A stretch of DNA of 16,465 nt from an uncultured Pseudomonadota bacterium (GTDB taxonomy: Bacteria > SAR324 > NAC60-12), in NCBI GenBank assembly GCA_913020725.1, contig CAJWCD010000084.1, positions 1-16,465 on the forward strand, given 5' to 3'. The notes beneath the pieces are model-generated. The model ran no database searches. It had not been told where the DNA came from and was given only the letters and a program-made list of their open reading frames with translations. This document shows positions 8,662 to 16,398 of this stretch, in pieces. The translations under genes and the position numbers were made by a program. Numbering within the stretch: the first letter of the stretch is position 1; each line of letters begins with the position of its first letter.

Positions 8662-8669
8662 AATGAACA

Positions 8670-8698
8670 ATGGTACACGGCTCTCGGCAACCGTTCAA
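8670..8698 (-). promoter_or_regulatory. Putative sigma70 promoter just upstream of the SdhB/FrdB-like gene
   Basis: Minus strand reads TTGAAC (8698-8693), 17 nt, TACCAT (8675-8670), 8 nt, then ATG 8661. Confidence 0.4.
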
Positions 8699-8823
8699 GC
8701 ATCTAACATTCACGATTGACTTGAAATTCTCTGTAGGAAGATCCAAAGTTACGCGCATTTTCTGTCGGCTTTTGGTTGTGCCGGCTGTCATTGGGAGGAT
8801 TTTCTGAGCGACTCCATGCAACC

Positions 8824-8859
8824 TGAGCAAAGCGCTCGGAGGCTCCGGAGCTTTGCTCA
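8824..8859. repeat. Inverted repeat / hairpin
   Basis: TGAGCAAAGC (8824-8833) and GCTTTGCTCA (8850-8859) are perfect 10-bp reverse complements, with inner CGGAG/CTCCG self-complementarity. Confidence 0.75.
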
Positions 8860-8929
8860 CGCCATCAAGCGTTGAGGTCGAAAGCATGATCGCTGGCACC
8901 AACGGACAACCGCAGTCGTTCATCAAGCA

Positions 8930-9280
8930 ATGATCACTCCAAGGCTTGCTCAGCAACTATTGGTGCTGGAGTCCAATGATTTGCTCATTAGGATTTTGAG
9001 TGACAACGCCATGCTCGCTGCCATCAATCACGTCGTCGGCGTTAAACTTGAAGATGGCAGGGAGCGTTACATTCGAGTGGTCAGAAGATTCCTAGAACGG
9101 ATCTCCAAGGAAACGGACCTCTTCATTGATTTAAGCACAGCAGAGGCTGAAACCATTAATCAGGCAAGGGCACATGATCCCTCATTCGGAGAATCAATAC
9201 CGGAAATGAAGGAGGGGGATCAAGTCAAACGCAAGAAACTGAAAAGAGCGATGAATATCATTTCCAATCGCACCGCCTGA
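8930..9280 (+). CDS. Hypothetical protein or gene fragment (116 aa)
   Basis: Charged, plausibly helical ORF. No clear RBS and no family recognised. About 47% GC by hand count over 8941-9240. Confidence 0.5.
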   Translation: MITPRLAQQLLVLESNDLLIRILSDNAMLAAINHVVGVKLEDGRERYIRVVRRFLERISKETDLFIDLSTAEAETINQARAHDPSFGESIPEMKEGDQVKRKKLKRAMNIISNRTA

Positions 9281-9316
9281 GCAAAGCCCCCAGTTTTTCA
9301 CCACACCGTTTGCAGA

Positions 9317-10120
9317 ATGCCAGATTACATTTTATACGAAGTGGACGGCTCGGTTGCCATGATCACCCTCAACCGTCCGGAGCGCATGAACGCAATGGAT
9401 CAGTCCATGCTGCGGCAACTGATCGCGGCAGCGGAACGAGCGGAAGCCGATGAAGACATCCGAGCCGTCATAGTGACTGGCGCTGGCAAGGGATTCTCCA
9501 GCGGGTTTGACCTCAAGGCTCAGGCGGAAAACCCTCCATCCGGAGTCGCAGAGTGGCGGCCCGTGTTACGACGCGATTTTGACGCCTGCATGAAGTTCTG
9601 GCACCTGAGCAAGCCCACGGTCGCTGCCGTTCATGGCCCCGTCATGGCAGGCGCGTGTGAACTGGCGATGGCCTGCGACCTCACGATTGCCTCTGAGAAT
9701 GCGGTCTTTGGCGAGCCAGAATTGCGGTTCGGAGCCGGAATCGTTTGCCTGCTACTGCCGTGGGTCGTTGGTCCCAAGCGGGCAAAAGAAATCATTTTGC
9801 TGGGACTCGACAACGTCGATGCGCGCGAAGCTCTGTCGATGGGATTGGTGAACCGCGTGGTCCCGGACGGAACCCACTTGGAGGCAGCCCTCAAGGTGGC
9901 CCAGCAACTGACCCGGATCGACCCGTCCCTCATGTCCCAGACCAAGCAGGCCATCAACCGAGCCTACTCAATCATGGGTTTGGAACAGGCGCTGGACGCT
10001 GGACTCGACATTGACACGCTGATTGAAGGCGAGGGAATGCCCAGCAAACGGAAGTTTCTCGCCATCACTCGCGAGCAAGGATTGCGGGCGGCGTTGACGT
10101 GGCGGGACCGGGAAGCATAG
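9317..10120 (+). CDS. Enoyl-CoA hydratase/isomerase (crotonase) family protein
   Basis: 267 aa. Motifs ITLNRPERMNA, VTGAGKGFSSGFDL, KPTVAAVHG..MAGACELAMACD and FGEPELRFG. Both catalytic Glu positions are present. Confidence 0.95.
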   Translation: MPDYILYEVDGSVAMITLNRPERMNAMDQSMLRQLIAAAERAEADEDIRAVIVTGAGKGFSSGFDLKAQAENPPSGVAEWRPVLRRDFDACMKFWHLSKPTVAAVHGPVMAGACELAMACDLTIASENAVFGEPELRFGAGIVCLLLPWVVGPKRAKEIILLGLDNVDAREALSMGLVNRVVPDGTHLEAALKVAQQLTRIDPSLMSQTKQAINRAYSIMGLEQALDAGLDIDTLIEGEGMPSKRKFLAITREQGLRAALTWRDREA

Positions 10121-10158
10121 CAACGGCACCTTTCCTTTGCTCAAATTCAAAAAATGTA

Positions 10159-10186
10159 TTGACGAGCCGCACAATGGGGTTATTAT
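10159..10186 (+). promoter_or_regulatory. Putative sigma70 promoter of the dctPQM cluster
   Basis: TTGACG (10159-10164), 16 nt, TATTAT (10181-10186), with an AT-rich tract just upstream. Lies about 105 nt before the dctP start. Confidence 0.55.
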
Positions 10187-10292
10187 GTACCACTTTAGAC
10201 TGGAAGTGTCAAATGTTTTTGGCAGTTTCCGGGAAACGGCTCTCCGGACACATGGACGGAGCGTTTTCAAAACCTTACTCAGAGAGATTGCG

Positions 10293-11279
10293 ATGAAAAT
10301 CAGGAGATACACAATCTTGGCCGCGGCACTGGTCATGGCCTTCAGCGGACTGGTCGCAGCTCCGGTTTTTGCGGGAGAAGTCACCCTCAGCGGCGCGAGC
10401 TGCTTCCCGATTGGCAGTCCTCCGGGACGATCTTTCGAGGCGCTTGTGAAAGAAATCAACAAACGTGGCAAGGGGGTGGTGCAGATTGACCTGAAGGGCG
10501 GTGCGCCTGCGATTGGTAGCCCATTCACCCTCACACAAAAAATGGCCAAGGGCGCTTATGACATCGTGGGCTGCACGGAGGCTTATTTCGGCAATGTGCT
10601 TCCGGAAGCTCCGGTGCTGCGTTTTTCGGATTACACCTATGCCGAACTCCGCAAGAATGGCGGGCTGGCGTACATGCAAAAACTGCTGGAGGCGAAGGGG
10701 ATCCACTTCATTGCACGACACCATGATCACGGCCCTTTTCATCTGTGGCTCAGCAAGCCGATCAGCAAGCCGGACCTCACGGGCCTACACCTGAGAGTCG
10801 CCCCAGTATACACGGCGTTCTTCAAGTCGTTGGGCGCAACGGTCCAGACCTCCAACATCCAACAGGTTTACACCTACATGGAAAACGGCACGGTGCAAGG
10901 TTACGGCTGGCCCGCCAGCGGCTGGGTGCCTGCTTGGGTCAAGGTCACGAAGTATCGGGTTGAACCCGGCTTTTACCATGCGACCCTGCACACCCTCGCC
11001 AACAAACGGAGTTGGAATCGGCTGTCGCAGGCCCAGCGGGATCTCCTGATGGAGGTCGGGCTGGAATTCGAGGCAAACTCGGAAACCACCGGAGCCACCT
11101 TTCAGGCCTACCTCAAGAAAACCAAAGCATGGATGGCCAGTGAAGGGATGGAGACCATTACCTTCAAGGGGGCTGACCGTGCTAAATGGCTGTCCGCTGC
11201 TTCAACCGCAGGTTGGGCCGAAGTCATCGAGCGTAGTCCAGAGCATGGGCCTGCCCTGAAGAAGTTGTTCACGAAGTAA
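10293..11279 (+). CDS. dctP: TRAP transporter substrate-binding protein (DctP family)
   Basis: Start moved to ATG 10293. Signal peptide MKIRRYTILAAALVMAFSGLVAAPVFA. Motifs KPISKPDLTGLHLRV (conserved Arg), FFKSLGA, VYTYMENGTVQG and NKRSWNRLS. Followed by dctQ and dctM. Confidence 0.93.
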   Translation: MKIRRYTILAAALVMAFSGLVAAPVFAGEVTLSGASCFPIGSPPGRSFEALVKEINKRGKGVVQIDLKGGAPAIGSPFTLTQKMAKGAYDIVGCTEAYFGNVLPEAPVLRFSDYTYAELRKNGGLAYMQKLLEAKGIHFIARHHDHGPFHLWLSKPISKPDLTGLHLRVAPVYTAFFKSLGATVQTSNIQQVYTYMENGTVQGYGWPASGWVPAWVKVTKYRVEPGFYHATLHTLANKRSWNRLSQAQRDLLMEVGLEFEANSETTGATFQAYLKKTKAWMASEGMETITFKGADRAKWLSAASTAGWAEVIERSPEHGPALKKLFTK

Positions 11280-11290
11280 CACTTCTGCGC

Positions 11291-11321
11291 GGAGGAGTCG
11301 GCTTTCCGGCAGGCTCCTTCC
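11291..11321 (+). terminator. Intercistronic stem-loop between dctP and dctQ (mRNA stabiliser or partial terminator)
   Basis: GGAGGA-GTCGG-CTTT-CCGGC-AGGC-TCCTTCC folds into an interrupted hairpin. There is no U-tract. Confidence 0.4.
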
Positions 11322-11365
11322 AGACCCAAACAAACTGACCCTCATCTCGATTCTCCAGAGGTTCA

Positions 11366-11899
11366 TTGTTGCACCAAGCGCTGGATTCGTTTGAAGCTGG
11401 CTTCAACCGGGCCACGCTTATGCTGGCCGCGTTGGTTGCAATTTCCATTGGATTGACCGCCTTCCTCATCCCTCTCAACCTGCTGCTCATCAAAGTCAGA
11501 TGGGGGAGCATCTGGTGGCTTCATGAGGCGGTGGAGTACGCCCTCTACTTCGGAGTCTTCGTCGGTGCCCCGTGGGTGCTGCACCAAGGGGCGCACGTCA
11601 AGGTGGACGTCATCACCTCGGCCCTCTCGCCACAAGCGGCCGCGCGGGTGGAAAAATTCATGGACCTCGTGGGGACGCTGATCTGTACAGCACTGTTCGT
11701 GTACGGGGTGCGGATCACCCTTTGGGAGTTTGAGGATGGCACCCTGCCGGACAAGGATTTACGCATCGCCACTTGGATCATGATGGCGGTGTTTGCGCTC
11801 TCGTTCCTGCTGCTGACTATCGAGTTCCTGCTACGCTTCCGACGTTCCCACCTCGCGGCTGCCGAAGCCGAACTGGACACTTCCAAGGCAGGGTTCTAA
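11366..11899 (+). CDS. dctQ: TRAP transporter small permease (DctQ)
   Basis: 177 aa with four hydrophobic segments. Motifs W..EAVEY and FVGAPWVLHQGAHVKVD. TTG start at 11366 or 11369 after AGAGG. Confidence 0.92.
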   Translation: MLHQALDSFEAGFNRATLMLAALVAISIGLTAFLIPLNLLLIKVRWGSIWWLHEAVEYALYFGVFVGAPWVLHQGAHVKVDVITSALSPQAAARVEKFMDLVGTLICTALFVYGVRITLWEFEDGTLPDKDLRIATWIMMAVFALSFLLLTIEFLLRFRRSHLAAAEAELDTSKAGF

Positions 11900-11902
11900 G
11901 CG

Positions 11903-13348
11903 ATGGAATGGTACTTCGCCCTCGTGTTGCTGCTCGGCACCGTCTGCACCGCCATGTTCTTGGGGCTACCCGTTGCGTTCGCCTTTTTTGCTGCCAATAT
12001 TCTGGGCACGTTTCTCTTCATCAGCGGAGACATCGGTCTCGTGCTGATGCCACTGGAGTTCCACAATGCAATCAAGTTCACGCTGGCGCCCATCTGCCTG
12101 TTTCTTTGGATGGGGGAAATCCTCTTGCAAACCGGAGTCGCCTTCAAGGCCATCAGCGCCATTGATCGCTTGATCTCCCGGATTCCTGGACGATTGGCCG
12201 TGGTCTCGATTGTTGGAGGAACCATTTTCTCCTCGCTTTCCGGATCGACGATTGCCAACACGGCCATTCTCGGTTCCGTTTTGTTGCCGGACATGATGAA
12301 ACGCGGCTACAAGCCGGTGATTTCGATGGGACCGATCATGGCGGTGGGGGGCATCGCCATGCTGATCCCGCCCTCGGCGCTTGCGGTGCTGCTGGCGAGC
12401 CTTGCAGAACAATCGGTTGCGCAACTGCTGATTGCCGGGATTGTCCCTGGAGTGCTGATGGCGGTGCTGTTCTTCACCTATGTAGTGGGGCGCTGCATAA
12501 TCAATCCGGAGCTTGCGCCCACTTACGAGCGGGACGAATCCGGGCTTGATTTGCCGATCACGGTTTCTGTGAACACAAACGCAGGCGAAGTGTGGTCGTG
12601 GACCTACTCCGGAAGCGCCCGCCGCTTCGTCAATCGGATTCTTCCGTTCCTGCTCTACATCCTGCCACTGATGATCATCTTTGTGGTCGTGGTCGGCAGC
12701 ATTTTCTTCAAGATCGCAGCTCCCACCGAAGCTGCCGCGATGGGTTGTCTCGCGGCGCTGGGGGCGTGTTATTTCTTCAAAATCTTCCGCAAAACCATCT
12801 GCATCACGGGCATCGAGGGTGCCGACTTCACATGGCGGGAGCTTGCAAAATCACTGATGGAGACCGCGAAGATCAACATCATGATCCTCTTCATCATCGC
12901 CGGATCGCTGGTGTTCAGTCAGGCGTTGTCCAACTCCGGGGCAACGGATGGGCTTTTGCGCTACGTCACCACAATGGACCTGACTCCGCTCACCGTTGTG
13001 ATCATGATGATGGGCGTGCTGCTCTTTCTGGGGGCGTTCATGGATCAAGTCAGCATGTTGCTGTTGACCCTGCCGTTCTTTTTGTTGAGTGGCGAATCCT
13101 TGCAGGTGGTCTTTGACATTGATGTCATCTGGTTGATGGTGCTGATGCTGATCACGATGGAAATCAGCCTGCTGACTCCGCCGTTTGGACTGCTGCTTTA
13201 TGTGATGAAAGGGGTCGCCCCCTACGATGTGACGCTGGGGGAGGTGGTGGCTTCGGCATTGCCCTTCATTCTCATCGAACTGTTGGTGCTGATCCTGCTG
13301 ATTGCCGTTCCGGAAGTCGCCACTTGGCTTCCCAAACAATTGAATTGA
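11903..13348 (+). CDS. dctM: TRAP transporter large permease (DctM)
   Basis: 481 aa, polytopic. Motifs LGLPVAFA, LSGSTIA, MMKRGY, GGIAMLIPPS, AGIVPG, APTEAAAMG, LGAFMD and LTPPFG. Confidence 0.96.
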   Translation: MEWYFALVLLLGTVCTAMFLGLPVAFAFFAANILGTFLFISGDIGLVLMPLEFHNAIKFTLAPICLFLWMGEILLQTGVAFKAISAIDRLISRIPGRLAVVSIVGGTIFSSLSGSTIANTAILGSVLLPDMMKRGYKPVISMGPIMAVGGIAMLIPPSALAVLLASLAEQSVAQLLIAGIVPGVLMAVLFFTYVVGRCIINPELAPTYERDESGLDLPITVSVNTNAGEVWSWTYSGSARRFVNRILPFLLYILPLMIIFVVVVGSIFFKIAAPTEAAAMGCLAALGACYFFKIFRKTICITGIEGADFTWRELAKSLMETAKINIMILFIIAGSLVFSQALSNSGATDGLLRYVTTMDLTPLTVVIMMMGVLLFLGAFMDQVSMLLLTLPFFLLSGESLQVVFDIDVIWLMVLMLITMEISLLTPPFGLLLYVMKGVAPYDVTLGEVVASALPFILIELLVLILLIAVPEVATWLPKQLN

Positions 13349-13412
13349 CAGTCCGGCTTTGCGACATGCTGCATTGGACAGATGCAGGGCCGGATTTCCA
13401 CAAGGCTCAGCG

Positions 13413-14456
13413 ATGGATCCTGTGAGGCTGGCCATCGTGGGGCTGGGAGTGATCGGCAAACGTCACATGCAAGCGTTCTCCAATGTGGAGGAAGCCGAGT
13501 TGGGGGCCATTGCGGATCCGAACGCAGAGGTTCGGGAACTGGCGCAGCAAAACGGGGTCGCGTTTTATGCCGAGACGGCGGACATGCTTGCTCAGGCAAA
13601 GCCGGACGGTGTGCTGGTTTGCACCCCCACCGAGCATCACGTGCAGCCGGTGCTTGCTGTGCTGGAAGCCGGAGCGCACGTTCTGGTGGAAAAGCCGATC
13701 GCGGCCACTCTGGAAGCAGCGGAAACCATCATTGCGGCGGCCAACAAAGCGTCCCGGCATGTGTTGGTGGGGCATCACCGACGCTACTACAGCGTCGTCC
13801 AACACACACGAGAACTGCTCCAAAACGGCGAGTTGGGCACGTTGCTTGGCGTCTCCGGACAGTGGGCCACCCGGAAGGCCGAGGCCTATTTTGAACCGGA
13901 TTGGCGACAGTTACGCTCATCGGGTCCGGTGCTCACCAACCTGATTCACGAGTTCGACACCCTGCGCTATTGCTGTGGAGAGATCCGCACGGTTTCGGCA
14001 TTGCTCAAATCCGGACTCCGGGGGCACCCCAAAGAAGAAACCGCCGCAGTGATCCTGGAGTTTGAATCTGGAGCCGTGGGGACGTTTTTGCTTTCCGATT
14101 CGGCTCCTTCCCCTTGGACGTGGGAGCAGGCCACCGGAGAAAATCCGAACTTCCCGAAATCCGGGCAGAACGTCTATCGGTTTTTGGGCTCCAAGGCAGC
14201 ACTTGAATTTCCCCACTTGATCCTGTGGTCCGCCGAGACTCCGGCAGACTGGAATCAGCCCTTGACCCCAAAGTCTTTTCCGACAGACTCAAATGATGCG
14301 TATGTCGCACAGATCAAGCATTTTTGTCAGGTGATTTCCGGAGCGGAATCCCCCAGAATCTCGGCACAAGACGCCGCACGAACCTTGGCCGCCACCCTAG
14401 CCGTTTTCGAGTCTGCCGAAAACGGGCAAGCGGTACGGCCATCCCACATCACTTAG
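13413..14456 (+). CDS. Gfo/Idh/MocA family NAD(P)-dependent oxidoreductase
   Basis: Start moved to ATG 13413 (MDPVRLAIVGLGVIG, Rossmann fold). Motifs CTPTEHH, HVLVEKP, VGHHRRY and GPVLTNLIHEFD. Confidence 0.95.
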   Translation: MDPVRLAIVGLGVIGKRHMQAFSNVEEAELGAIADPNAEVRELAQQNGVAFYAETADMLAQAKPDGVLVCTPTEHHVQPVLAVLEAGAHVLVEKPIAATLEAAETIIAAANKASRHVLVGHHRRYYSVVQHTRELLQNGELGTLLGVSGQWATRKAEAYFEPDWRQLRSSGPVLTNLIHEFDTLRYCCGEIRTVSALLKSGLRGHPKEETAAVILEFESGAVGTFLLSDSAPSPWTWEQATGENPNFPKSGQNVYRFLGSKAALEFPHLILWSAETPADWNQPLTPKSFPTDSNDAYVAQIKHFCQVISGAESPRISAQDAARTLAATLAVFESAENGQAVRPSHIT

Positions 14457-14464
14457 GAACCGAC

Positions 14465-15061
14465 ATGTCCCGAAAACCAGAACGAACCGAGGCAGTCGCC
14501 TCATCCATGCGGGCTTTGAGGCCCCTCATGGAAACGGAGGTTTCCGTCGCTTCCTTGGAAGCCACAAAAGCGGTGTTGCTCCAGCTTTGCACCCGCACCG
14601 ATCTCTTCAATTTTGAGGAATTTCCGCTTCCGGACAAGGGGGTTGGGTGCATCTACCTGATCCAAGAAGACCCCGATGGCCGTTGCTCGCTGTATGTGAA
14701 CTGCGGACTTCCGGGGCAAGTCTCTCGTCCGCACAACCACGGGGGTTCTTGGGCGATTGTCGGAGGAGTGATCGGAGTGGAACACCACCGACTTTACGAG
14801 CGTATGGACGAAGGCTCCACGTCCGGACATGCCGAACTCAAGCTCAAGGGCGAGTTGGATGTGTGCCCCGGAACCGCCGTGTCGATGCTGGCCGATGGGA
14901 TTCACTCGATCCACGCCCTCAGCGACCAACCGCTGCTGCATCTGCACCTTTACGGTTGGGGATTTCCGAAACAAGGGGAGCGCGAGGAGTATGATCTGGA
15001 AACCGGAGAAATTCATCGCTTTCGTTTGGAAAACATGGGATTCATCGAAGATGCACGATGA
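14465..15061 (+). CDS. Cysteine dioxygenase-like cupin (thiol dioxygenase family)
   Basis: Start moved to ATG 14465 (AGGA upstream), giving 198 aa. Cupin motif 1 PHNHGGSWAIVGGVIGVE, motif 2 PG…GIHSI (3-His metal site) and the LHLHLYG H-x-Y motif. Confidence 0.85.
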   Translation: MSRKPERTEAVASSMRALRPLMETEVSVASLEATKAVLLQLCTRTDLFNFEEFPLPDKGVGCIYLIQEDPDGRCSLYVNCGLPGQVSRPHNHGGSWAIVGGVIGVEHHRLYERMDEGSTSGHAELKLKGELDVCPGTAVSMLADGIHSIHALSDQPLLHLHLYGWGFPKQGEREEYDLETGEIHRFRLENMGFIEDAR

Positions 15062-15117
15062 CGTCGCTGCACCTTACCTCACCCTTGCTCCTTTTTGAAT
15101 AAACCGCACTTCCTGCC

Positions 15118-16398
15118 ATGACAGTACTGATTTCTGGAGCCGGTATTGGTGGCCTGAGCTTGGCTCTGAGTCTCCATCAAATCGGCGTCCCGGTTCAGGT
15201 CTTTGAATCTGTTCAGGCACTCCAACCCCTTGGTGTCGGCATCAATCTGCAACCCCATGCTGTTCGGGAACTCTTTGAGCTTGGGCTTGCTAATGAGCTG
15301 GCAGCCATCGGAGTCCGGACGGCAGAAGTCTCCTACTTTTCAAAACACGGAAAACTGATCTGGTCCGAACCCCGGGGTCTAGCCGCAGGCTACAACTGGC
15401 CACAATTCTCGGTGCATCGCGGCAAGTTACAGATGCTGCTGTATCAAGCAGTCTTGGAGCGCCTTGGACGTGAAGCGGTCCATACCGGAACCACGGTTGG
15501 CACATGGAACGAAACCCAAAACAAGCTCATCCTCCAACTCGTTGACACGGCCTCCGAAGAGCCATGTGGAACCGCCGAGGGGGCACTTTTTATTGCAGCC
15601 GATGGCATCCACTCCACCTCACGCGCCCAGCTTTATCCCCACGAAGGACGACCACGCTGGGGCGGCACGGTGATGTGGCGTGGAGTGACAAGCGCTCCTA
15701 GCTTTCTGACCGGGCGTACGATGGCGATGTCCGGGATCAAAGCCAAAAAATTCGTTTGCTATCCCATCACGGACTCCTCAAATGGCCAAGCCCTGATCAA
15801 TTGGATTGCCGATCTCTCCTTTCCTGCGGACTACCTTTGGAATCGGGAGGATTGGAACCGCCGTGGCAAGCTTGAGGATTTTCTGCAAGAATTCGCAGAC
15901 TGGCATTTTGACTGGCTCGACATTCCGGACCTCATCCGCAACGCTGAAAATGTTTTCGAGTACCCAATGGTCGACCGCGATCCTTTGCCGCAGTGGACGC
16001 ATGGGCGGATGACTTTGCTGGGGGATGCCGCGCATCCCATGTACCCGATTGGGTCCAACGGTGCGTCTCAAGCCGTCCTTGATGCCCGCATCCTCACCCG
16101 AGAAATTGCTGAAAAGGGCATGGTTCCGGAAGCGTTGGAAGCCTACGAGGCGGATCGACGTTCAGCAACCTCCAAAATCGTGTTGGCCAATCGTGCAGAT
16201 GGTCCGGACAAAGTGCTGGATGTGGTCGAAGAACGTGCTCCGGAAGGGTTTGCAACCATCGAGGACATCCTCAGTCACAAGGAACTGGAGCAAACAGCAC
16301 AAGCGTATAAACAGTTGGCAGGGTTCGACGTGGAATCTTTGAATGCGCGTCCCTCAATTGTGCGTAACGGATACCCCTGTATAGAAGATGGAGCATAG
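15118..16398 (+). CDS. Group A FAD-dependent monooxygenase, PhzS-like
   Basis: 426 aa. Motifs GAGIGG, PLGVGINLQP, IWSEPRG, SVHRGKLQMLL, AADGIHS and LLGDAAHPMYPIGSNGASQA. Confidence 0.93.
   Translation: MTVLISGAGIGGLSLALSLHQIGVPVQVFESVQALQPLGVGINLQPHAVRELFELGLANELAAIGVRTAEVSYFSKHGKLIWSEPRGLAAGYNWPQFSVHRGKLQMLLYQAVLERLGREAVHTGTTVGTWNETQNKLILQLVDTASEEPCGTAEGALFIAADGIHSTSRAQLYPHEGRPRWGGTVMWRGVTSAPSFLTGRTMAMSGIKAKKFVCYPITDSSNGQALINWIADLSFPADYLWNREDWNRRGKLEDFLQEFADWHFDWLDIPDLIRNAENVFEYPMVDRDPLPQWTHGRMTLLGDAAHPMYPIGSNGASQAVLDARILTREIAEKGMVPEALEAYEADRRSATSKIVLANRADGPDKVLDVVEERAPEGFATIEDILSHKELEQTAQAYKQLAGFDVESLNARPSIVRNGYPCIEDGA

Noticed and set aside
8240..8956. 238-aa - strand ORF containing MRVTLDLP (ribbon-helix-helix-like start)
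   Set aside because: It overlaps the SdhB-like gene out of frame, and the resemblance covers only about 8 residues.
10137..10292. N-terminal extension of DctP from TTG 10137 (likewise the extensions at 13359, 14324, 7072 and 8069)
   Set aside because: Downstream ATGs fit the signal peptides, domain starts and RBS better. The extensions overlap promoters or neighbouring genes.
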